24,000 nucleotides of DNA from an uncultured Melioribacteraceae bacterium (GTDB taxonomy: Bacteria; Bacteroidota; Ignavibacteria; Ignavibacteriales; Melioribacteraceae). Below are positions 8,670 to 16,620 of this stretch, piece after piece. Numbering within the stretch: position 1 is the stretch's first letter; each line of letters begins with the position of its first letter. The position numbers were made by a program, and so were the translations under genes. The notes beneath the pieces are model-generated. The model saw only the letters and a list, made by a program, of their open reading frames with translations. It searched no databases and was not told where the DNA came from. The stretch lies in contig CAZKKI010000013.1 in the NCBI GenBank assembly GCA_964553325.1, positions 2,189-26,188 on the forward strand, read 5' to 3'.

Positions 8670-9487
8670 AGCAACGATAAAGTATTTTTAATTAATTTTT
8701 CAAACCTTCCTTTGGCTTCGTTGGCGGTATCAATCACTTCTTGATGCGAAAGTTTCGTCGGTGACAAACCGGCTGCATAGTTGGTTATTAAAGAGATGCC
8801 CCCGACTTCCATTCCAAGATATTTTGCATAAGTCGCTTCGTGTGCGGTGGACATTCCGACGGCGTCAATGCCTAATTTTAGCATCATTTGGATTTCCGCT
8901 TTGGTTTCGTATGCGGGACCTTTGCCGTACCAGTAACTTCCGTGTTGCAAATAAACACCGGAATTCAACGAGGCTTTTTTAATTGTGTCGCTTATTTTTT
9001 TCGATGGAAAATCGAGAAAGGAATTTTTCTGTTCACCGGAAATTTTTCCCAAAAAAGCGGAGAGTTCCTTTTTAATGTTAAATGTGTAAAATGCGTCAAT
9101 CAACATTAAGTCGCCCGGAGAAAAAGAAGGGTTAACACCACCGGCAGCGTTCGTTAAAATCACTTTTTCGCAACCCGTCCGGTGAATTAAATAAATCGGC
9201 AGTAAGCATTCGGAGATATCATAACCTTCGTAAAAATGGATTCTCCCTTGAAACAAAAGAATTTTTTTTGATTCGTATTCGGCGAAATGTATAAAACCTT
9301 TGTGTCCATGAACGGTCGATTCCGGATAATTCGGAATATCAATCGTAGGAATACTCTTTATTTTCCGGAGTTTATCGGCCAAATCACCCAAACCGCTGCC
9401 AAGGACAATTGCGACGTCCGGAGTAAAAGGAGTTTCATCCAACAAAGTTTTTACTGTCAGTCTATATTTTGAATTCATATTAAACAT
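8666..9487 (-). CDS. punA: purine nucleoside phosphorylase (trimeric PNP/MTAP family, PunA-type)
   Basis: 273 aa with the family motifs VLGSGLG, QGRIHFYEGY, ILTNAAGG, GPAYETKAE and DAVGMSTAHEA. Its ATG overlaps the nupC stop by 1 nt (TAATG). Confidence 0.85.
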   Translation of the reverse strand: MFNMNSKYRLTVKTLLDETPFTPDVAIVLGSGLGDLADKLRKIKSIPTIDIPNYPESTVHGHKGFIHFAEYESKKILLFQGRIHFYEGYDISECLLPIYLIHRTGCEKVILTNAAGGVNPSFSPGDLMLIDAFYTFNIKKELSAFLGKISGEQKNSFLDFPSKKISDTIKKASLNSGVYLQHGSYWYGKGPAYETKAEIQMMLKLGIDAVGMSTAHEATYAKYLGMEVGGISLITNYAAGLSPTKLSHQEVIDTANEAKGRFEKLIKNTLSLL

Positions 9488-10839
9488 TAGAATAAAATCC
9501 CGGCTAAAGTTGCGGTTAACAACGTCGAAAGGGAACCGCCTAAAACGGCACGTAACCCGAGTTTGGATAAATTAGTTTGTTGATTCGGTGCAATCGGTGT
9601 AATACCACCAAGTTGAATTGCAATGGAACTGAAGTTGGCAAACCCGCACAGCGCGTATGTTGCCATGAAGATCGCTTTTTCGTTCGTTAATTCTTTTAGC
9701 TTCATCAAAGTGCTCATATCGAGGTAAGCGACGAATTCATTCAATACTATCTTTGTTCCGAACAAACTACCGAAATCCAATGCACTTTCCCAAGGTACGC
9801 CTATCCCGTAAGCAAGGTATTGCAAAACAATCCCGAACAGAAGTTGTAGATTAAGGGGTTTTCCGTAATGCTCCATCATAAATGAATTTAAACCTGTTAC
9901 CGAACCGAGAGATTCAAGCAAGAAATTAACCAATGCAATCAATGCTATAAATGCAATTAACATCGCCCCGACGTTCAATGCAAGTTTCAAACCGTCGGAA
10001 GCACCGACCGCAGCGGCTTCTACAACATTATGAGCCGGTTTTTCAACCGACACTTTAACGCTTCCCTTTGTTTCCGGTTCTTTGGTTTCGGGAAAAATAA
10101 TTTTAGAAATTAAGAGAGCCGCCGGCGCAGCCATTACACTTGCCCCGAGCAAATGTGTGGCAAAAAGCAATTGAGCTTCTTTTATTTCAAGTCCCATTGT
10201 TTCCGCGAATGCCGTACTTAAAATTTGAATATATGCGGCCATTACGCCTCCCGCAATTGTTGCCATACCTCCCGTCATAACTGTTAGCAATTCGCTGTTT
10301 GTTAATCCTTTCAAATAAGGTTTAATCATTAACGGCGCTTCGGTTTGACCTACGAAAATATTGGCCGTAACGGAAAGCGATTCGGCACCGCTTGTTCCCA
10401 TAATTTTTGCCATTAACCATGCCATTGCTTGAACCACTTTCTGCATTATGCCCAAGTAGTAAAGTACAGCCATCAGACTTGCGAAGAAAATAATTGTAGG
10501 TAATACTTGGAATGCAAAGAAAACCCCGAGCGAACCGTCGGTTCCCGGACCTTTAGCCAAATCGCCGAAAACAAACACCGCACCTTCGGTTGTAAAATTT
10601 AATATTAACACAAAGAAACTGCTGACCCATCTGAAAAATTCTTTAGGCCAAGCAAGAGGGGAAAACCAATTACCAAGCGTATCGCCTTTGATTATAAAAA
10701 TGGCAAAAATTATTTGTAAAATCAGACCACTGGCAACAAGTCTCCAGTTTACATGTTTTTTATTGTTGGAAAACAGAAATGCTATTCCAAGAATTAATAT
10801 TATACCGATTACTCCGCGAAGTAAAGCAATAAAATCCAT
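9487..10839 (-). CDS. nupC: concentrative nucleoside transporter (NupC/CNT family)
   Basis: 450-aa polytopic membrane protein. The NupC-like N-terminus (LFSNNKKHVNWRLV) and the C-terminal motif GFANFSSIAIQLGG are present. An AAGGA Shine-Dalgarno sequence lies 7 nt upstream of the ATG. Flanked by tdk and punA. Confidence 0.85.
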   Translation of the reverse strand: MDFIALLRGVIGIILILGIAFLFSNNKKHVNWRLVASGLILQIIFAIFIIKGDTLGNWFSPLAWPKEFFRWVSSFFVLILNFTTEGAVFVFGDLAKGPGTDGSLGVFFAFQVLPTIIFFASLMAVLYYLGIMQKVVQAMAWLMAKIMGTSGAESLSVTANIFVGQTEAPLMIKPYLKGLTNSELLTVMTGGMATIAGGVMAAYIQILSTAFAETMGLEIKEAQLLFATHLLGASVMAAPAALLISKIIFPETKEPETKGSVKVSVEKPAHNVVEAAAVGASDGLKLALNVGAMLIAFIALIALVNFLLESLGSVTGLNSFMMEHYGKPLNLQLLFGIVLQYLAYGIGVPWESALDFGSLFGTKIVLNEFVAYLDMSTLMKLKELTNEKAIFMATYALCGFANFSSIAIQLGGITPIAPNQQTNLSKLGLRAVLGGSLSTLLTATLAGILF

Positions 10840-10853
10840 AGAATATCCTTATT

Positions 10854-11423
10854 TTATGGTATGTAATGGCATTTACGGCAGCGCGCTTCGTAACTATCGG
10901 TTGCGCCTACCAGCACACGGTCTTCCGATTTGATTGTTCTTTGGGTTCTGTCTGCCGGATTACCGCAAACAACGCAAATAGCTAAAGTTTTAGTTATGTA
11001 CTCGGCTATTGCCAGTAGTTGCGGTATCGGCTCGAAGGGTTTGCCCGCGTAATCTTGATCGAGTCCGGCAATAATTACGCGTTTCCCGTTGTCCGCCAAT
11101 TTGTTAACCACATCAACCAAATCGTTGGAAAAAAATTGTGCTTCGTCTATTCCTACAACTTGAGCATCTTTTGCCAATTCCAATATTTCTTTTGGATCTT
11201 TGACTATCACTGAGGGCAAGGATTGTTCGCTGTGCGAAACAATTTCATCTTTCGAATATCTGTTATCGATTACCGGTTTGAAAACTTTTACAGTTTGCTT
11301 AGCAATTTTTGCTCGTCTTAATCTGCGTATTAATTCTTCGGTTTTTCCGCTGAACATACAACCGGCTATTACTTCAATCCAGCCGGTATCTTTCGGTGTG
11401 GAATGGGGAATAAATTGCATCAT
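10854..11423 (-). CDS. tdk: thymidine kinase
   Basis: 189 aa. Has the P-loop [14 protein letters not shown], the motif [10 protein letters not shown], and C-terminal zinc-ribbon cysteines (CVVCG...CRKCH). The start overlaps the cdd stop (ATGA). Confidence 0.92.
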   Translation of the reverse strand: MMQFIPHSTPKDTGWIEVIAGCMFSGKTEELIRRLRRAKIAKQTVKVFKPVIDNRYSKDEIVSHSEQSLPSVIVKDPKEILELAKDAQVVGIDEAQFFSNDLVDVVNKLADNGKRVIIAGLDQDYAGKPFEPIPQLLAIAEYITKTLAICVVCGNPADRTQRTIKSEDRVLVGATDSYEARCRKCHYIP

Positions 11424-11818
11424 TTGCTTAAGTTCTCCTTTGAAAAAGAAAAGGGGATTAATTCTTTTAGTTTAAAAATTTTAAGGTTCATTTGCGGGTC
11501 GACTAAAACCACGTCCAGGTTTTCGCCGCAAAGTTCAAGCAGTACTTGTCTGCATGCACCGCAAGGGGGCGTAAACGATTCGGAATCGCCTGCAACGGCA
11601 ATAGCTTTGAATTTTCTTTCACCTTGAAGAACCGCTTTGAAAACAGCTGTTCTTTCGGCACAAATCGTTAAGCTGTAAGAAGAATTTTCGATGTTTGCAC
11701 CTTCGTATATTTTACCGTCTTCGGTTAACAATGCCGCTCCAACATGAAAATTCGAGTATTGCGCATATGCCTTGTTTTTAGCTTGAACCGCAATGTCCGC
11801 AAGTTCGTTGTAATTCAT
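11420..11818 (-). CDS. cdd: cytidine deaminase (homotetrameric type)
   Basis: Has the zinc-binding motifs [10 protein letters not shown] and PCGACRQVL. The N-terminus [30 protein letters not shown] aligns from residue 1 with Bacillus-type Cdd, so I prefer the ATG at 11818 over the ORF-track start at 11842. Confidence 0.9.
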   Translation of the reverse strand: MNYNELADIAVQAKNKAYAQYSNFHVGAALLTEDGKIYEGANIENSSYSLTICAERTAVFKAVLQGERKFKAIAVAGDSESFTPPCGACRQVLLELCGENLDVVLVDPQMNLKIFKLKELIPFSFSKENLSK

Positions 11819-11859
11819 ATTTAATCCAGCTTTGTAAAACATTAGCCCAAAAATACAAG

Positions 11860-12942
11860 CTATGAATCAGATTTCCAATTCCGTTTAAGAAAAAAACTGT
11901 TCGCAAAATTTATGATTATTTGTATATCGTACAATACTTGAAGATACAATATTTCAATGAAAGAAAAGTTATATCCGGTAATTCTCTGTTTAACGGAAAC
12001 AAGAGTAAAGTTTGTTAAAAGTTTTATAAGAAAAAAGTAAAGTAAAGCGGGCGCGTTCCAGATGTAAAAAACACCGAAAAGTAAAATCAAATTTGATAAA
12101 TGCCACAAGCCGAGCAAAAACTTATGCTTGGGTAAATAATGATGTGATGTAGATGTGTGCCGTGCTTTTTGTTTTAGGTAAGCGGAATAGGATGAAGGCG
12201 ATTTGGACAACACGGAAGCGGTACGGTCGGTAATACAACCGATTTTAAGCTTGTGTTTAACCGCTTCTCGTAGAAGTAAATCGTCGTCACCGCTTAAACT
12301 TTGCGTCGTGTTTTTATATCCGCCGATTTCTTCGAAAGAAAGTTTTTTGAATCCGAAATTTCTGGCCGTTGCGGAATAGGGCAGTCCGATTTTAGCAAAA
12401 GAGAAAGTAAGGATGTGAGTCCATAAATTTTCAAATCGTGCCAGCTTGTTAACAAATGTATTTTCGGTGAAAAAAGGTGCAAGTCCGAATATAAAATCGA
12501 ATCCGCGGTTAAACATTTCGTTCGATTTTTCAATCCATTGCCCCGAAGGTTCACAATCGGCGTCCGTTATTAATATGTAAGGATATTTTGATGATTCTAT
12601 ACCGGTTTGTAATGCTCCGCGTTTAGCTTCAAATATTTTGTTTTTTGCCGTCAGCACTTTGAAATTACTTAAATCTTGAATCGACTCGGTAATTTTTTCG
12701 TATGTATCGTCCGATGAATTGTCGTTTACAATTATTACTTCGAACGAATTGACGGGATAAGTTTGCGAGGAAAGAGCTTTAATTAAATTTTTAATGTTCC
12801 CGCTTTCGTTTTTCGCGGCAACTACGACGCTGATTTTGTTTATTCTTGCCGATGAAACGATTTGTTTTTCGAAAAAATACTTAAAAAATATGATTGAAAA
12901 AATCAAGAATATTAAAGTTATGATTATATAAAATGAAATCAT
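11860..12942 (-). CDS. membrane-integrated family 2 glycosyltransferase (synthase-like), acceptor unknown
   Basis: 360 aa. Has an N-terminal TM helix and a GT-A core (ISVVVAAKNE...EVIIVNDNSSDDT...ILITDADCEP). A TED-like motif SGDDDLLL and a degenerate QxxRW-position motif (KQKARH) follow, then 2-3 C-terminal TM helices. Confidence 0.8.
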   Translation of the reverse strand: MISFYIIITLIFLIFSIIFFKYFFEKQIVSSARINKISVVVAAKNESGNIKNLIKALSSQTYPVNSFEVIIVNDNSSDDTYEKITESIQDLSNFKVLTAKNKIFEAKRGALQTGIESSKYPYILITDADCEPSGQWIEKSNEMFNRGFDFIFGLAPFFTENTFVNKLARFENLWTHILTFSFAKIGLPYSATARNFGFKKLSFEEIGGYKNTTQSLSGDDDLLLREAVKHKLKIGCITDRTASVLSKSPSSYSAYLKQKARHTSTSHHYLPKHKFLLGLWHLSNLILLFGVFYIWNAPALLYFFLIKLLTNFTLVSVKQRITGYNFSFIEILYLQVLYDIQIIINFANSFFLKRNWKSDS

Positions 12943-12967
12943 GTTCGTCGATTGTGTTTATTGCCGG

Positions 12968-14965
12968 TTATTCTTCTTCGATTATCCATTCTTCCGCGAT
13001 TTCCTCGTCCATATTTGCAATAAACCGCGAGGGTTTGGAAAGTGTGGTACCGCTGTACCTGTCGAAAATATTCATCGGATAAGTGATATACAAATTTTGT
13101 TTCGCACGCGTAGAGGCTACGTACATTAACCGCCTTTCTTCTTCCAGAGTTTCGAGACTTTGAGCCGATTGGCTCGACGGGAAAAATCCCTCTATTGCGT
13201 GAATGATAAATACCGTATGCCATTCCAATCCTTTGGCGGAATGAATGGTTGACAATGTTAAATATTCTTTTTCCTGATCCTCGGCTTCGATGTCTATTAC
13301 GCTATCTTGCGGCGGTTCTAGCGCCATATCGGTCAGGAGCACTTCCAATGTTTTATAATTATTTGCAATATTTAAAAATATTTCCAAATCCTTTTTTCTT
13401 TTGTTGAAATCGTCGTATTTGTTTCTGAATAACGGTTCGTAATACTTCAAAACTTCGTCGGCTTTTTCTACCGGGAGAGATTTCTCCGTATGTATTTTGT
13501 TCAGTAAATCGAACAAGTTGTATATGTTGTCTTTGTATTTATCGTTAAGTACGAAATCGGGTCTCAGTTTTATCCCGATTTTCGAAGTCTGAATTTCATC
13601 GATTATGTTTTGAGCACGTTTCGGACCGATACCTTCGTGCAGCAATAAAACCCGGAACCAACTGACAATATCGTTCGGATTGACCGCAATTCTTAAAAAT
13701 GCCAAAACATCTTTTATGTGTGCGGCTTCTATAAATTTCATACCTCCGAATTTTTGATACGGTATATTCGCTTTGTTCAATTCTATTTCCAAATCGAATG
13801 AGAAAAAAGACGAGCGGAACAATACGGCAATGTCGTTAAGTGAAACTCCTTCTTCGCGTAGTTCCAAAATTTTTTCCACAACAAATCTGCTTTGCATATT
13901 TTCGTTTTGTGCGGAAATTATTGCCGGAAGTTCGCCGCCGAGTTTGTGCGTGAATAAATGTTTCGGATATTTTTCGAGTGCATCTTCGATAATGCGATTC
14001 GTAAAATCCAAAATCGATTGAGTGCTTCTGTAATTTTCCTCGAGTTTGATTATTCGTACGTTTGGAAACAAATCGGGAAAATCCATTATGTTTTTGAAAT
14101 TCGCACCGCGAAAAGAATATATCGATTGTGAATCGTCGCCAACAACCATAATATTATTATTGTGTTGTACCAAACCCTTTACAATTTGAGCTTGCAATTT
14201 GTTTGTATCTTGGTATTCGTCCACCATTACAAAATTAATAGAGTTAAGCAACGTTCGAACGGAAGGGGAACCCGATTGAAGGAAATCGCGCAAGTAGATT
14301 AATAAATCGTCATAATCCAAAAGACTGTTTTTCTTTTTATAATCCTTATACACTTTTTGAATATCCAAAATTTTATCGGCGTATTCGAAAAAGTGCGGGT
14401 AATCTTCTTTTATAATATCTTCAACCGATTTGCCGGTATTAACACTTAAACTTAAAACTTTAAATATTGTTTGTTTGTTCGGAAACCTTTGTTTTAATTT
14501 TGCCAAATTCAGCTGTGCGCGGATAAGGTTAATAATATCCTCGCTGTCGCCTTGATCCAAAATTGTGAACGATGAATTTAACCCGATCGCTTTTGCATAT
14601 TTTCTTAAAATCATATTGGCGTAGGAATGAAACGTTCCACCCGTTATTTTGGAACACCTGTTATCCAGCAATACGGCGGCTCGGTTCATCATTTCGCGGG
14701 CGGCTTTACGTGTAAAGGTTAACAATACAATTGAACGGGGTTCGTATCCGAGTTCGATTAAACGTGCAACGCGGTAAACCAATGTTCTGGTTTTTCCTGT
14801 TCCGGCGCCGGCAATTACCAAATAAGCACCGTCGACCGAACTGACGGCTTCGTACTGAGCGGGATTGAGTTGATTTTCATAATTGATTGAAAATTTAATT
14901 TTCTCTTTGACCGCTTTCGTTACCGGTGTTTGGTTAACTCTTTTTAACTTAAACTTTTTAGCCAT
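12968..14965 (-). CDS. ATP-dependent DNA helicase, UvrD/PcrA/Rep (SF1A) family
   Basis: 665 aa carrying the full SF1 motif set: AGAGTGKTRTL (Walker A), VMVDEYQDTN, VVGDDSQSIYSFRGA, NYRS, LSTIHSAKGLEW and YVASTRAK. Its ATG directly abuts the upstream gene's stop (TAAATG). Confidence 0.9.
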   Translation of the reverse strand: MAKKFKLKRVNQTPVTKAVKEKIKFSINYENQLNPAQYEAVSSVDGAYLVIAGAGTGKTRTLVYRVARLIELGYEPRSIVLLTFTRKAAREMMNRAAVLLDNRCSKITGGTFHSYANMILRKYAKAIGLNSSFTILDQGDSEDIINLIRAQLNLAKLKQRFPNKQTIFKVLSLSVNTGKSVEDIIKEDYPHFFEYADKILDIQKVYKDYKKKNSLLDYDDLLIYLRDFLQSGSPSVRTLLNSINFVMVDEYQDTNKLQAQIVKGLVQHNNNIMVVGDDSQSIYSFRGANFKNIMDFPDLFPNVRIIKLEENYRSTQSILDFTNRIIEDALEKYPKHLFTHKLGGELPAIISAQNENMQSRFVVEKILELREEGVSLNDIAVLFRSSFFSFDLEIELNKANIPYQKFGGMKFIEAAHIKDVLAFLRIAVNPNDIVSWFRVLLLHEGIGPKRAQNIIDEIQTSKIGIKLRPDFVLNDKYKDNIYNLFDLLNKIHTEKSLPVEKADEVLKYYEPLFRNKYDDFNKRKKDLEIFLNIANNYKTLEVLLTDMALEPPQDSVIDIEAEDQEKEYLTLSTIHSAKGLEWHTVFIIHAIEGFFPSSQSAQSLETLEEERRLMYVASTRAKQNLYITYPMNIFDRYSGTTLSKPSRFIANMDEEIAEEWIIEEE

Positions 14966-15475
14966 TTATCGTCGTAATGCTTTCGGTTTCCCCAAAATTT
15001 CTGAAATTAAAACCATTTCCCTAACCGTTTCGGGGTTTTTCAATTTTTCCAAAATGTTTTTGCGGTAATCGTATGTTAGTCGGCGCTCCGAATCCGACTT
15101 GTTTTCTTCGCGCGCCACTTTAATTTTCGGCTTTTCATATTCGTAATCCGGAGTAGTACTTTTATCTCGTGCCGGTCGGATTGTTTCCGGTAATTCGGCA
15201 AATTTTTCCGGTTCTTTTTCATATTCTTCTTCCGGAATCCAAGTTTCAATTTCCGCGTTTTCCGTAGCGACCGGCGGAACGGGTTTATGCGGACTTTCGG
15301 CTTTGTATCCCAAAATTTGCTCGAGTATATCGGCAGCGGTATTTTTTTGTTGTTTTGCCGGAGCTTTCTTTTTTGCACCGCCCGCTTTTTTCTTTTTCTT
15401 ATTTTCGAAATAGGATGAAAGTCCGCTTAGAATAAAAATCAACAGAAAAAACAATATTTCATAAATGTTATCCAT
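14966..15475 (-). CDS. hypothetical single-pass membrane protein with a polybasic juxtamembrane tract, an acidic/Pro-rich linker and a short C-terminal module
   Basis: 169-aa ORF. Has an N-terminal TM helix ([17 protein letters not shown]), then [19 protein letters not shown], then an E/P/K-rich low-complexity region, ending ...[19 protein letters not shown]. Its start overlaps the floA stop by 8 nt and its stop abuts the helicase ATG. I recognise no family. Confidence 0.6.
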   Translation of the reverse strand: MDNIYEILFFLLIFILSGLSSYFENKKKKKAGGAKKKAPAKQQKNTAADILEQILGYKAESPHKPVPPVATENAEIETWIPEEEYEKEPEKFAELPETIRPARDKSTTPDYEYEKPKIKVAREENKSDSERRLTYDYRKNILEKLKNPETVREMVLISEILGKPKALRR

Positions 15476-16463
15476 TCGTACTTTCCGAATCTTCTTTACC
15501 CGGTTTAGCTATCGATTGTCTCATATTCGTATCGGCTTGAATGTTTTTGATGTTGTAATAATCCATAACACCCAAATTTCCCGAACGAAATGCATCGGCA
15601 ATTGCTTTTGGAATTTCGGCTTCTGCCTCAACGACTTTTGCGCGCATTCTCGCAACTTCGGCTTTCATCTCTTGTTCCAAAGCCACGGCTGCGGCTCTGC
15701 GTTCTTCCGCTTTTGCTCTTGCAACTTTCAAATCCGCTTCCGCCTGATCAGTTTGCAAAATTGCTCCGATGTTCGTACCGACGTCAACATCCGCAATATC
15801 GATCGATAATATTTCGAATGCCGTGCCCGAATCCAATCCTTTCGATAAAACCACTTTTGAAATTAAATCGGGATTTTCCAAAACGTCTTTGTGCGTTTCA
15901 CTCGAACCGATTGTGGAAACTATTCCTTCGCCAACACGTGCGAGTATCGTTGCTTCGCCGGCACCGCCAACCAATCTTTCGATGTTTGCCCGTACGGTGA
16001 TTCTTGCAATCGCTTTTAGCTGAATGCCGTCTTTCGCAACCGCCGCAACCATTGGCGTTTGAATTACTTTGGGAATAACCGACATTTGAACCGCTTCCAA
16101 TACATCCCGACCCGCCAAATCGATTGCCGCCGCTTTTTCGAAACTTAAATTCAATTTCGCTTTACTTGCTGAAATTAAAGCGTTAACAACTTTTACAACG
16201 TTTCCACCGGCAAGGTAATGTGCTTCAAGCAGCGATGTGTCTAAATCCAGTCCCGCTTTTGTTGCCGAAATCAAACTTCTTACAATTACTACCGGCGAAA
16301 CTTTTCGTAACCGCATGCCGATTAAGTCTTTAAATATCTTTAACTTAACACCGGAAAAATATGCGGTTATATACAAACCCAACGGCACGTAATAGAATAA
16401 TATTATTAAGATAATTACAACTACGATAATTACGCCCAAGGATAAACCCGTAAATGCTTCCAT
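15468..16463 (-). CDS. floA: flotillin-like protein FloA (SPFH domain, YqfA/UPF0365 family)
   Basis: 331 aa, near-colinear with Bacillus subtilis YqfA as I recall it. Matching segments include [95 protein letters not shown] and [17 protein letters not shown] Shine-Dalgarno sequence lies upstream. Confidence 0.92.
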   Translation of the reverse strand: MEAFTGLSLGVIIVVVIILIILFYYVPLGLYITAYFSGVKLKIFKDLIGMRLRKVSPVVIVRSLISATKAGLDLDTSLLEAHYLAGGNVVKVVNALISASKAKLNLSFEKAAAIDLAGRDVLEAVQMSVIPKVIQTPMVAAVAKDGIQLKAIARITVRANIERLVGGAGEATILARVGEGIVSTIGSSETHKDVLENPDLISKVVLSKGLDSGTAFEILSIDIADVDVGTNIGAILQTDQAEADLKVARAKAEERRAAAVALEQEMKAEVARMRAKVVEAEAEIPKAIADAFRSGNLGVMDYYNIKNIQADTNMRQSIAKPGKEDSESTNG

Positions 16464-16620
16464 AATAAACTCCCGTGATTTCTTCGACTAATTAAAGGTA
16501 AATTTAGGAATTAATCCGAACATTACAAAACTTGAGAATAATTAATTATACGGGCGTATGTGGTTGCTGTTTTTTTTATATTTTGATTTTGAAATAAATA
16601 AAAATTGAAAAGAGGGAAAA

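Noticed and set aside
12968-14965. UvrD-like helicase as part of a Gabija-like or other defence system
   Set aside because: No adjacent OLD/ATPase-nuclease partner, methylase or other defence hallmark is present. The neighbours are housekeeping genes, and there are no mobile-element or island boundaries.
15076-15378. 100-aa extremely basic ORF in an alternative frame of the same strand inside the 169-aa hypothetical gene
   Set aside because: It is a frame-shifted reading of GAA/AAA/CCG-rich low-complexity sequence. The 169-aa frame has the TM helix and start/stop coupling to both neighbours, whereas the alternative frame has neither.
15465-16023. Three + strand ORFs (84-136 aa) antisense to floA
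   Set aside because: They are Leu/Arg/Pro/Ser-rich antisense shadows of a somewhat GC-richer, Ala-rich gene. They have no motifs or ribosome-binding sites, and floA itself is unambiguous.
16545-16550. Perfect TATAAT hexamer on the - strand about 82 nt upstream of floA, as a candidate -10 box
   Set aside because: No acceptable -35 (TTGACA-like) or extended -10 TG lies at the proper spacing. The region is AT-rich, so chance matches are expected, and the lineage may use non-canonical promoter motifs. The 157-nt divergent floA/murA spacer surely holds promoters, but I cannot place them.
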